Below, piece after piece: positions 38,385 to 51,416 of a stretch of DNA of 64,000 nt. The translations under genes were made by a program, and so were the position numbers. The notes under the pieces were generated by a model. That model did not search any database. It saw only the letters and a list, made by a program, of their open reading frames with translations, and was not told the DNA's origin. Origin of the DNA: Octopus vulgaris (Eukaryota); contig OX597822.1 in assembly GCA_951406725.2 (NCBI GenBank), forward strand, positions 42,036,001 through 42,100,000, given 5' to 3'. The number at the start of each line of letters is the position of its first letter. The stretch's first letter is position 1.

Positions 38385-41009
38385 GGCTGGCATTGTAATT
38401 ATAAAGTGAACCATTATGAGCCAGCAGAAGACTCTGTCCCCACCCACCCTTATATGCATACAGAGTGCATTGATGACTATTAATGGGCAAGTTGTCCTTT
38501 TTTAATTTAAAAATACAAATTTCTACTCTTCAAATGAGTAAATAATTATATACATACATACACAAGCATCCACACATATTTTACATACCTACAAAAGTGT
38601 ATATATCCTGCACTGATTCATCCCATTCCCATATATATACATTAATAGCCCTAAAATAATTGAGAAAGGTATATATATATTTGTTCCTTTGAAAAAATAT
38701 TTCAGAGCCCTTTCCATGTCTCCCCCACTTCCACGAGAAAACTCCAAAAACCTACGCATGTATAAAACCAATTTTGGGGCTGATGACTTTTTATAGAACT
38801 AAAAAGAAAAACAAAAAGAAAAAAAGCAGATGGGTCTCTGTCAATGGGAGTTTGTGAGATTGTCAGGAGAGCATGAATGGGAAGAAAATATTGTATATTT
38901 CTGAAACATTTCTGCCAACAAAGCAAACCAAAAAAAAAATGCAATATAATAATAATAATTATAATAATAATATTTGTCTGGGTTTTTTTTGTTTTGTTTT
39001 TTTTTGTTGTTTTTTTTTTTTCTTTCTTACAACTTCTGCTTCTAAAATTTGTCTTCTTGCCTTCACATTTGTAATTCATTGTCTTGAAGCTGGCAGAATA
39101 GAGTCGGAAAAAATACCTTGTGGATTTTGTTCTGACTCTTTACATTCTGAGTTCAAATCCTGTCATGGTCAAGTTTGCTTTCTTCCTTTTAGGGTCAATG
39201 AAATAAGGTACCTGTCAAGTGATAGAGTTTAATCAATGAACTCCAACCACTTGAAATTGCTGGCCTTGTGCCAAAGTCAGAAACTTACCATCATCACTAT
39301 TATCATCATCATCACTAACATCACCACCTTCATCATCATCATCACCACCACCACCACTACCTCCATTACCATCACCTTAAGCATCATCATCATCATTTCC
39401 ACATTCATTGCCTTCATCTACTGCTCATCTGCTTCACTATCAATTGTTGTCTCCACACCCATCAATGACATCTATTTTCTCTTGTAGTTATGTCTAGAAG
39501 AATTATGAGATTGTGTATGTTTGTGTTTGTGTGAGTCAGTCATTGTTTACAATTTATGCAAGTGTGGAGATTTGTGATTCAGATAGTGCTTGTGGTCCAC
39601 TAAAAACAATGTCAGCAGTTCAAAACTTGCTTCTGCCATTAATTTGCTTATCTCAGTCAATCCATTTATAAAATAATTAAGTGAATGATAATGTAATTAA
39701 TGTAGTGAGCAAAAATAATGTTAAGCCTTTTACTACAGAAATCAGATATATCCACTCAAAACTTCATTGCCCTTAACTGCAGAAACTAGTTTTATATATA
39801 TATGAGTGGTTGGCGTTAGGAAGGGCATCCAGCCGTAGAAACTCTGCCAGATCAGACTGGAGCCTGGAGCAGCACCTGGCTTCCCAGACCCCGGTCAAAC
39901 CGTCCAACCCGTGCTAGCGCGGAAAACGGACGTTAAACGATGATGATGATGATGATCAATCTATTTTTTTGTTGTGGAATGTCATATTTGAAATTATTTG
40001 CTTTTGAGATATGTGAAAGTTTATTGAGACAACATGGCTTGAAGAAAATTCCCATTCTATTTTTTTTTTGGTAGGTATTTAACATCATTACCAAAATAAA
40101 CACGAAATTTAATTTCGTAGCAAAAGGGTTAATTAACATTTTTTCCAGGTAAGGGAGACAACTCTGAAATTTTAGTGACTATTTACTTAAGACACCCCTA
40201 ATTTAGTATTAAATCTTGATACAAGGTTTTTTTCCTTTTCATTCTTTTAGCTTTGCCCCATGTATAAGTTGCAACCCCAGTTTTTGCAATTAAAATCAAG
40301 TATAGAGTTGTGTGACTTATACATTAAGTAGAATTCTGCATGCAAGGAAGAGGTGAAGAACTCCACTTCCTCAGCTTTAAAAGGGACCACTTGGTGCACA
40401 AATGTATTCTTTGTTATTCTTTTCAATTACTGAACTATGTCCATGCTGGAGTAAAACCTTCAAGTGCTTTATTTATTCATTTTTGTTGATCATTGATTAC
40501 ACACACATGCACACAGATATGCGACAGGCTTTTGTACGGTTTCCATCTAAATATTCTATTCACAAGCCGTTTGTCAGCATGCAGTCAAAGTACAAAATAC
40601 TTGATCAAGGTCCTGTGCACTGGGGGAGGGGGTCAAATCTTGAACTAAGTGATTGCAAAATAAACTTCTGAACTACACAAAATTCCTGTGTGTGTGTATT
40701 AAATGTAGCTTTGTACAGAATCAAGTAAAATAGACGGAGGTGAAGAAAAATGTGAAACTGATGAAGTGGAGGATTGCAAAAGAAAGTAGAATTTAAGATG
40801 AGATAATTATATTATTTTAGTGATTAGACAGATGGATATTTTGGTGTAGATGCCTTGATATAGGCGCTTTATAGGTCTAGATATGGCTAATAACTCTCAT
40901 TCAGTTACTTGAGTATAACCTAAAGTTGTTTCCAAGTAGTGCAGTAAGACACACACAAAGGAGGTAAGGGCTATTTGAGGGCACTTGTTAGCATATTACT
41001 CTCTTCAAG

Positions 41010-42090
41010 CTAATCAAAACGTTTTATTTCTTTCAGATCTCCCATGGTAGATAAGATGCTAACACTAGAAATGAGAAGACATCCAGTCATTGTTGTCACA
41101 TGTGAATAGCACAGTCATTCAGAAATTGCCAACTTTCTAAATTTTGCAAGATCTTATGTACATTAAATTGGAAGCCCCTGGCAGAAATGTTTCAACTGTC
41201 TCAAAGAGAAAAATAAAATTGTAAACGGTTGGACACTATAAGGACACCACAATTCGTCCAATGGTTTCAAAAACTTATCGATGTTGATCCTGGAAAATCA
41301 ATGAGGGCCATTGCCAAAGAACTTTCAGTGTCAGAGTAGCCTGTTGAAACTGTGGTGCATGATGGCATTCAATACAAGTCATACATACTGATAAGAGGCC
41401 AATTAATGACTGCAAAGATGCAAGAAAACTGTTTGATCCATGTCAAGTGATTACATAACAAGGTAAAAAGCTTTCACCATCATGGATTGCTTTGGTTCTT
41501 CTCTGATGAGAAAAACTTCAACCAAGACCAAAAGTCTTACAGGAGAAACTACAGATGATTGTGAGCAGATCCTTCTGATGTCCTTAGAGTGATGCACTCT
41601 GTTTTTAGCAACTGTGATGCTTTTAGAAAGGCTCTTAGAATTAATACCACTGGATATATTGAGATGCTAGAGGCAGTTGTTAAGCTCTCAATGACTGAAG
41701 TTGTGGAAGGCTGTACATTTTTCAACAAGACCCAGCATTTCACAAAGCCCACAAACCCAAGAATAGATGTCAGACAGTCTTTATCATGTAGCAGCAAACA
41801 TGCCAGACTTAAGTCCTGTGGAGCATTGTCAAAACAGAGACCATTCAACAATCTCACTCAACCGACAGAGGATCTTAACTGATCAAACTGATTATGTAAA
41901 CAGAATTCTGATTAGTCAAAAGTGTCTTCTTGTCTCAAGCGCTGATTTTCTGCCTCAGAACCTTTGGTATGGAGTATCGAAATTTTAATCCCTTTCACAC
42001 TTATAAAAATGTCAAGCAAACTTAAAAATTAGTCATTACCGTTTTAGCCAGGAGACCAAACTGATAGTTTGGTAACCCACTAAAATAAAC
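41010..42090 (+). mobile_element. Tc1/mariner (maT/DD37D-like) transposase relic
   Basis: Translation with stops gives IRTPQF..IDVDPGKSMRAIAKELSVSE, LLWFFSDEKNFNQDQK, RINTTGYIEMLEAVV and FQQDPA. Confidence 0.8.
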
Positions 42091-42912
42091 ATTAAAAATT
42101 GAAAGGAGAAAATAAACAGCTTTGCAAGTTTAACTCAGTGTTTATTGAACAAGAGAGGCGCAAAATTTAAGAAGTGACTTGTTAGAATATATATGTCTGT
42201 GAGGAGACATAAACAAGAATAGCAAAAATCTACTATACCAAAAGAACTGGTAATACATACATTACATGTGTTCTATGAAGAGAACATAAGATTGTTGCAT
42301 AATTCAACATGAATGTGAAATGATATTAAACATCGTATAAGGTAAATGAAGGTTTCTTTAGCAACGCTAAGTTATATTCATTTAGTGATTTTACATGTGC
42401 AAAGATGAATTATGATGATGTCAGTGGCAATGCCGGCAGTGATGAATTTCATTGTCCTAATGTGGAGAAAGCAAGCAATAGCTTCCTGGAGGCAAACGCA
42501 AGCTAGACTTCTTAAGCGGAGAAAAATTGATCTATATAAGGGCTCCATTGTGTAAAAACTCCAAGCAATATAAAATATGGCCCAGACCATGATTACCAGT
42601 ATAGATATCAAACTTCAAAAAGTAGTTAACCATTTTATGGTTAACTACTTTAATAAATTTATACAGAAAAAGTAAACATTATACCATCCAGCATAAATAA
42701 AAGTCAACTTCATTATATTTTTTCTGTAAAAGCCTATTCTGACATTAAATGAGCCAACTTCTAGTATGAATGTTTACATTTGTACGTCATTTTTCAACAA
42801 AAAAATTTCTAAAACAATTCTGGAAATGATCTATTCATGTAATTTACGCACCCCTGAAAATTTATTTTTGTTTCTTGCAAAGAAAATTCCATAAATTACA
42901 TGGGTTTTTACA

Positions 42913-42949
<37 letters not shown>

Positions 42950-45900
42950 CACACATGACAGGTTTCTCTCCGTTTCCATCTAACAAATCCACTCACATGG
43001 TTTTGGTCAGCTCGAGGCTATAGTAGAAGACACTTGCCTAAGGTGCCATGCAATGGGACTGAACCCGGAACCATGTGGTTGGTAAACAAGCTACTTACCA
43101 CACAGCCACTCCTGCACAAATTTTTATTAAAACACATTTGGTTTTTGCTAGATAACAATTGTCTTATTAACCCTGTCATGTTGTGTTCCCACTCACTCAG
43201 GAATACATAACCTCTGCTGGTAACTGAAGTGGTAATTAACATCACAAAGAAATATGATAAAATGCTAAAAATAGACAACTGATCACATTGCAGCTTTGTA
43301 GTTAAGTGTGTTTATGTGGCTTTGTAGTTAAGTGTGTTCATTGCTAATAGCATTTCCCATAACAGTTGTTTATTTATGATTTTAATAAAAAAAGAAAGAA
43401 ACATTTTTTTTTTTTTTTTGCATTGAAACAAGTATGTGATGAACCCAGCACTTTGTCTGATAAACAAACTAAACCTGATCTCTTTATAATGGAGGAAATT
43501 ATTGATGATATTTATTCTTTGGCCAAAGGTGAGCAAGAATTCCAACAAGTTTACTCTTACATGGACAAATAGAGTGATTCAGGCAAGCAAACTGGTGAAA
43601 GTGACTATAAAAGCAGCAATTCAGGTGAATAAATTCAATAGTTGAGATCGAACCTTTTGTTATTCTCCTGAATTTTTTAAAATTTTGTCCATTAGCTTGC
43701 CTGCAATGGCACAGATGTGTTTGTGTGGCAAGAAGTTTGCATCCCAATCACATGGTTCCAGCAACTTTAAGCAAGTGTCTTCTACTATAGCCTCAGGTTG
43801 ACCTTGTAAGCAGATTTGGTCGATGGAAACTAAAAAAAAAAGAAGCCCATTATATATGTGTGTGTGTGTGTATATATCAACAAAAAAAAATCCAGTGAAA
43901 TACATGAAAGTAGATTCAGTATATCCAGTGGTAATCTGGGTGGTGTGCTGGTATGTAGATGAGGGGAGATGCAAAAAGTTCAGGAAGTGGTTAAGATATA
44001 CAAGTCCAAAGAGAAGAAAGTTTTAGGCAGGATAAAATCTTCTTTCAAACTTTTTTCTAATCATTCGCCATGCTTAACTACTAAATCTACAAGTTTTTTT
44101 TCATTCTCTCCCTCTTTATTTTCTCTTATTCCTTTCTGTTAAAAAGCATAGGCCTGAAACATAAGACATTTTCATTTTCCCAAGCATCAAACTAATACAC
44201 CTGTTTGTTGTTCATACAGCTGTTTTTATCTTTTGTTTTTCTGTAAATTTTAACTATGTAAGTATGTATGTATGCATGCATGCATGAATTGATGAATGCA
44301 ATGTATGCCAGAAGGTTTGCAAATCTAATGGAGGTCTCAAAAGACATTTTAAGATCTACAAAGATCAAAACTTATCTGCAGCTCTTGGTAGTCCAAATCA
44401 GATATGCAATCTATGTGGGTGTCTTTTCAGAACATTGTATGGTTTAAAAAGCCACATTACATGCTATAATGGTTCTAAGGTGTAAGTACAGGAGGTGGTC
44501 AAACTCTACATAAGGAGTAGACAACTAGCATGTATGTATGTATGTTTGTGTTTCCTTGTCTTGATATTGCATAATAGTTTTAAAATAATTGTCTCATACA
44601 AAACGTGTTGTTCATTTCCAATATTCTGTGAGATCATGTCTGGCTATGGGGGAAATATTGCATTACTTGGTAATGGTTGCCAACAGGAAGGGCATCCAGT
44701 TGTTGAAATTCCACTTCAATAAAGTCCATCCAGCCCATGCAAGTGGACATCAAAATGGTGGATGAAATAAGAATGTGTGTGTGTAACCAACCTTTTGTAG
44801 ACAATTGCTTCAGTATGCATGAGAGAAATGCATTTATACATTTTCTAGTTCAAATTAAAATAATCTAATGACAAATTAGAAAAGAAAATAGATAAAACAT
44901 AGCATAGGCACAGGGGTGGCTGTGTGGTAAGTAGCTTGCTTACCAACTATGTGATTCCAGGCTCAGTCCCACTGACGTTAAACCCTCCTTCCCTTCTTTC
45001 CTGAGTGTCCAATAATACTATACTTCTTCCACGTCCTCATGTTGTTGTGTTTTCATGTTTGGATTAACTATATATATATATATATATAGGTTTATGTTTG
45101 TGTGTCTGTGTTTGTCCACCCGCCATCACTTGACAACCAATGCTGGTGTGTTAGGTCCCCGTAACAAAGAATAAATCCTGGGATCGATTTGTTTGACTAA
45201 AGGTGGTGCTCCAGCATGGCTGCATTCAAATGACTGAAACAAATAAAAGAGTAATAGAGGTGTCCATGTTTTGACTCTTCTTAAGTCTGAATTCAATTCA
45301 TTGTTTGAATTTGACCTACAATACTGCATATACTTATGTATGATAAAATCCAAGCTGAATGTATAAGTTACATGTCTCAAGTTACTGGTTCTGGTATTTC
45401 ATATGATGTCAAACAAGTGAGAGGTTATATAAGAAATCTATACTTGAAGGTGGTGCTCCAGCATGGCCACAGTCAAATCACCGAAACAAGTACATGAATA
45501 AAAGAATACTGAGTTATTTACTGCTTGATTAAATAAATGTGTATTTCAGAAAGAAAACACCAGCAATTAATCTAAAATCTATTGGGAAGTGAGTCTTTGT
45601 TAGTACAATGGTAATGTCATGTAGTTCTCGAAAAATCTGTGTAAACAATAAAACACTGAGGTGTCTAATAAGACAAAATCATGTGTAAAATTATCACTCA
45701 TTACCTGAGTATTTTTCCCCAGTCATCATTATGATCCTGTCATAGGTAACTTGTGGCACCTGGGACTTTTGAATGGTACACCTAACAAAAAGTTACCTTG
45801 AATGCTTTAGCAATGTGGCTCTCCAGATGATGACCCAGGTCTTATGCAGCCTGCTTTTTGAGAAAACTTGTCTGTTCTATCCTATTATGGCTAACTCTTA

Positions 45901-45980
45901 ACAATCCAGTTCACCCTAAAGAGAGACAGTTTATAAGGTCAGAATATCAGGTCACTGCCACCATCCTTATGAGCCTAATG

Positions 45981-46208
45981 TTAACCCTTTCATTACTGTA
46001 TTTATTTTGATATGCTCTGTGTTTCTTTCAATTACTTTAAATATAATTAAGAATTTAGTAAAATAACTTAATTATCATTCAGCTAGTGTTAGGAACATAA
46101 ATTGTGACTAAGGTTTGTTGGAAGACTTTAATTCAAAACTTATGAAAACAAGACATTTGTACTCGAAGCCAGAGCCAGTTTCAGCGAGGTTGGTAAGGAA
46201 ATGGTTAA
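45981..46208. mobile_element. piggyBac-type MITE family 2
   Basis: TTAA-CCCTTTCATTAC ... GTAAGGAAATGG-TTAA, i.e. imperfect TIRs with TTAA on both sides. Confidence 0.75.
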
Positions 46209-46517
46209 TATAAACACATTTTAATATATCTTTACAAGAAAATCAATATCTTTTCTTCTGAGATTAATTGCTATGTGAAAAGCATATTTTTATAACTTTT
46301 CAACCATAACACTTATTTTGTACATTTAGTTGTGACTACATATCTCATTATCAACACCTAAGGTATTTCAACTAATGTTTGTTGTTCAGTCTATAAATCT
46401 GTCCTGGTCAAAAGGTTTCCTAATTATAATCATCCAATCTTATTTTTAGGAATATTGCATCCCAGACTCACCCTTTTTTCTGTTTTTGATAGTTCGAAGA
46501 AAATTTGGCTGTTAGAA

Positions 46518-46686
46518 CAGTGGTTCTCAACCTCAGCTCCCAGGACTGCATTCGCCCTCAGTGGTCTTCCCTCTATAGATATAATAAATTTTTCTTTAAT
46601 TGAGTTGTTTTACTTTTTTGGTGGTCCCCTAAAAAAAATCCAGGTTTTGGATCTGGCCCAAGTATTAAAAATATTGAGAACCACTG
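46518..46686. mobile_element. hAT (Charlie-like) MITE
   Basis: TIRs CAGTGGTTCTCAA ... TTGAGAACCACTG. Confidence 0.75.
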
Positions 46687-47924
46687 ATTTGGAAAGTCCC
46701 ACAAAGGCCTGCAGGACTTTCTAAATATCACACCTAGCAAAATATTACCTTAAAATTTGTTAGTAAATGACCTGTCAGATGATGAACCATGTCTCATGCA
46801 GCCTTCTTCTTGAAAAAGGTTTCCTATACCTCATATATAGGCTTTTTTATTGACTTATTTATTGAACGGCCAAAAGCTCCCTATGAAAATAAAGCCATAA
46901 TTAAAGAAGAAAAGAAGAGGTATTTCATAAGCTCTTTGTTGTCTAATTCACCAAGTGAATTCGACTTTGAACTCCATTGAGATTAAAGATAATTAGATAT
47001 ATATTCCTTCTTCCAAAAATAACTCCTATTCTACTGACAAACTTCTTAAGGTTTCAGGAAGATAAGATTCTAAAATAGATGTAACTACAGAATAATCTCC
47101 TCCTGATATATCGTTTATGCATAGTGATGTCCCCTTTCTGGAATGGTAATTGGGGAATCTCATTTTAAGTCTAAATAATTTTCAAATTCAACATTATGAC
47201 TGTAGTTACCAGAAAGTGGAATAGGCTTGGTTTAGGTTGTCCAATAAAACTTAACAAACATTATTAGACTCAAAATCAAGTTGTTGGATTATAAAATTTA
47301 AGTCATGGTGTGGTTGCACCTATAATCAACTATTTATGAATGCTACAGAATTATACTTTCAATGGTATTGACTTCTGTGCACTTTCTAATTCATGACCAA
47401 CTTGAAATTAGTTGTGTGGTGAAACAGAAATTATTATTAACCCTTAAGTGCTTAAACCAACCATATCCAGTCCAAATATTTTACTTGTTTTATGTTGAAA
47501 ATGGCTATATCCAGCCTCTCACACCTATCCTACAACGTTATTCTGAAAATAAACAAACATATTGAAATCTCAAAGCCACAAGATAATGCATGATTAATTT
47601 AAAGCTGTTGTCAAACAGTGGTGGATGACAAACAACACACAATCCCAAAATACATGCACACATAGATATACATGCATATGCATATACATTCAATTATATA
47701 TAGTAAATGGAAACTGAAAGAAGTTCATCATGTGTGTGTGTATACTCGTTTACCCGTTTCAGTCATTTAATCAAACAAATCGACCCCAGGACTTATTTTT
47801 TGTAAGCCTAGAACTTGTTCTCTCTGTCTCTTTTGCTGAACCGCTAAGTTTTCAAATGATGGATGGGGTACACACACACACACACACATATGTATATATA
47901 CACACATATATATATGTCTTGCAT

Positions 47925-48223
47925 GTCTGTCAGGTGGTGTGAACATACATGTTCAGATTAGACGAAGGAAATAGAGATGGATCGAACACACACTGTGGAA
48001 AGAACCTTCAAATGTGACACGACAAGCACTCGACTGGAACCTGCAGGGGAAAAGGAAGCAAAGATGCCCGAAGCAGACATGGAAGTATGAAGTATTTTGG
48101 ACGAGCTCAGTACCACTGGCCTGACATGGGAAGCAGCCAAGAAACACGCCAATGACCGCAAAAAGTGGAAAGCAACTGTTGAGGCCCTATGATCCACAAG
48201 GGGCAAAAAGGATTAAGAAGAAG
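47925..48223 (+). mobile_element. 5'-truncated RTE LINE 3' end inserted in (TA)n
   Basis: QIRRRK*RWIEHTLWKEPSNVTRQALDWNLQGKRK..PKQTW..ANDRKKWKATVEAL, followed by a (GAA)n tail. Confidence 0.85.
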
Positions 48224-48655
48224 ATATATATATATATATATATGAATTTAAAATGAGGGTGAGAAATTAGATATTAATTTAATTAACATCGATTTCACAC
48301 CAGTGGTCTAGCATATAAAAAAACTGAAGGTTCAGTAAAATTGTATTATATACATATTGGAGGGAGACCACTATGTGGACACCCTTATGCTAGAAATAGA
48401 TCTGCTATGGTCTTACCACTAAGAAATGTTCTCAAGAAAAATTTAGCAAAACAACCAAAATGTTCTACACTATTCATTGCTATTCATTCAAAGCAATGAA
48501 TAGTTGTATTCAAAGCAATGATTTGTAACTTACAAAACCAGTATGCTTGAATCTCTTTAACAATTCACAATAATGACTTTTATTACTTCCTCAATTCCTC
48601 TAATTGTATATGTCTATCGTTACTTTTCATAAAAAGCCTTTACTTCTCTTGATTT

Positions 48656-51125
48656 ATAATAATAATAATGAAATTATTGTATACAGTGCTCAGGTGCACC
48701 ACAACTTGTCAAAGTGCATATAAAGTACATGCAGTAATGTAATGTATGAGTCAGATTCATGCTTGTGTGTGTATGGAGGGGAGAAAATCATGTGTAGTGT
48801 TGGCGAATCTCAGAAAGCATGGAAGTTTTGAAGGATGCAGTGCTCCGACAACTAACAACTGATGCCGGCAGTTTGTTCTATGCTTCAGCAACTCTCAGCA
48901 TGAAAAAATGTTTCCTGAAGTCATGGGAGCTGTGCTGTTTTCTGACTTGGTAAATATGTCCACGGGTGTTAGATGGGTGGAGTTTGAAAAGGTGCTCAGA
49001 GTTATTGTTTGTACGATGGTTGATAATTTTATGAGTGTCTGCCAAGTCAGCTGCCAGACGTCGGAGTTTCAATGTGTCCATGCCCAGGGAAGTAAGGCGT
49101 TCAGGATATGGCAAATGCCTGATGGAGGGTATTCTTTTGGTTGCACGTCGCTGAACAGCTTCCAGATGATTGATATCCTGGGCAAGATAGGGGTTCCAGA
49201 CCAGTGATGCAAATTCCTGGTGAGGTCTTACCATAGCTATATAAAGCCGCAGATAGATAGCCGGAGAGTGGCTCACAAAGGATTTGGTGAGTGATGCCAA
49301 GACACCCTCAGCCTTCTTGACAATTTTAGTGATGTGTTTTGTCCAACGCAAATCACTGTCGACAATAACACCCAGGTCACGTTCACATGAAGACTTTTTG
49401 AGACTAGTGTTGTGGAGGGAGTAGGTGAACGCTGGGTTTCTCCTCCCAAAATGCATGGTGGTACATTTGTCCACAGCCAGCTTGAGTTGCCAGTCCATGA
49501 TCCACTGCTGCATTGTGTCCAGGTCTGCTTGCAATAGAGATCTATAGTGTACAGGATTTGACCTCTTTATTTCGAGGTACAGCTTGATGTCATCTGCATA
49601 TTTCAGCACTGTGGCATTCTTTAAGTTGGCATCTATGTCATTAACATATGCAACAAATAAAAGGGGGCCAAGAACAGATCCCTGTGGTACACCAGATGTC
49701 ATCTCATAGGGCAAAGAGTGCTGTCCTAGAACTGTGACAACCTCTTTTCGGCCAAAAATAAAGGACTTCAACCAGTTATAGAGTTCATCTCTTACACCCA
49801 ACGCAGAAAGCTTCACCATAAGTCTTTTGTGTGGCACAGAGTTAAAAGCCTTAGCAAAGTCCAGGTAAACAACATCCACCCAGGATCCGCGATCAGTGAT
49901 TTAGGTAACGTCCTCAAGAAACTCGATGAGTTGATTACAGCAGCTGGAGTTAGGAATAAATCCGAATTGTGACGGCTGGATGAGGCTGTGAGACTTCCAG
50001 AAGTTCCAGAGTGTTTCTCTGATACAGGATTCCATCAGTTTTGCGATGCAGCTAGTAAGACTGATAGTTGACAGGCAATGTGCGGTCGCCTTTTTTGAAC
50101 AGAGGGATGACACTGGCAGTTTTCCACTGTTCTGGAGTAACACCATTGTCAAGACAGAATTGGAAGAATAGAGAAAGTTGGCTTAGAAGAAAGTACCCAC
50201 CACGTTTGAGAAGTAGGTATGTAACACCATCGAGACCAGAAGAGGCATAATTGCGTTTATTCTTAAGGTGGCGTTGCAGCATTGCTGGTGTAAATTGCAT
50301 TGTAGATATTGAGTCCGATGTCAGTGGTGATGAAGATGGAACATTTTGGTCTTCCACAGTAAAGATGCCGGCATAGCATCCAGCAATGATTTCTGCACAT
50401 TCTTCGGGATTGCCAGTAATCTGTCCTGTGTGGGGATTGCGAAGGGGACCAACTGGAGATTGGGGTCTCTGCTTTGAGTGCACATACTTCCAGAACACTT
50501 TGCTGTCAGGGTTAGCTGCAATGCGTTATTCAAATTCAAGCACTGCCTTTTTTGTCACCTGCTTGAGGTGGTTGGCTGACCTATTGCACTTTTTCCTGTT
50601 GCTCTCTGATTTGTGCAATTTGTATTCCTGTTCAGCATTACGACGTTCTTTCCTGGGTGGTTTTTTGTGCTTGCATGGTACTGATGCTGCACATGGTACT
50701 GATGCTGCACATGCTGCCCATATTGAATTCAGAATGTTATGGAGTATAGTGTCCACATCTCCAGAGGCATAAAATTCGTGCCAGTTTGGGCATTGCAGCT
50801 CAGTACAATAAGAGCTCAGGTTTGCTTTATTCCAGTCAAAGCGGGCAGTCTGAAGATGGTTGTGTTTTTTGTAACAACCAATCAGAGACAAGTCGGCCAT
50901 GATCATGGAATGATCAGAGTCACCTAAAGGTTCTTCGGTAGAGACACTAATGATTGTTTCAGAAGAAGCGGTAAGTAGCAGATCCAAAGTGCTGTTACCC
51001 CTTGTGGGGGAGGTAACAACTTGGGACCAATTTGAATTCAGCACCAGTTCAAGGAAATCGTCTGCACTTTGCGGCCAACGGAAGGCCTCCCAGTCAATCT
51101 CCTGCTGAGATTGGTTCAAATCATC
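48656..51125 (-). mobile_element. CR1-group LINE, 5'-truncated, disrupted ORF2 (EN C-terminus + RT)
   Basis: SPTRGNSTLDLLLT..GDSDHSMI (APE endonuclease), FWKYV, WKTASVIPLFKKGD, VYLDFAKAF, GVPQGSVLGPLLF, YADD, TRGH; (ATT)n 3' tail; several frameshifts/stops; 18-bp internal tandem duplication at ~50673-50717. Confidence 0.93.
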
Positions 51126-51160
51126 ACAATGTGCATTTTCATTTATTTTTCTTACTTTCC

Positions 51161-51197
<37 letters not shown>

Positions 51198-51416
51198 CAT
51201 ATACACACACGTACACTAGCATCCCCATGTTAGCAAAAATGCCAACAGTTTTATTAATGATAAAAAATGGCACATCAACACAATGGGGAAAGCTATTAAT
51301 AATTGTCAGCAATCTAGCAAATCTATGTACATACACAGAATTGGAACACTTGAAAAATAAGATATGATTATAATGACTTGGCTGAAAATATCACCCATAT
51401 TATGTATGTTTGTGTA

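Noticed and set aside
43430-43572. Protein-like + strand peptide VCDEPSTLSDK..EEIIDDIYSLAKGEQEF
   Set aside because: No convincing acceptor, no recognisable homology and no partner exons
45700-46830. Duplicated exon-like segments with splice-like signals on the minus strand (45700-45920 and 46700-46830)
   Set aside because: Stops in all frames; the peptides resemble decayed RTE endonuclease (T.F.KK...HKTW), so they are more likely LINE relics
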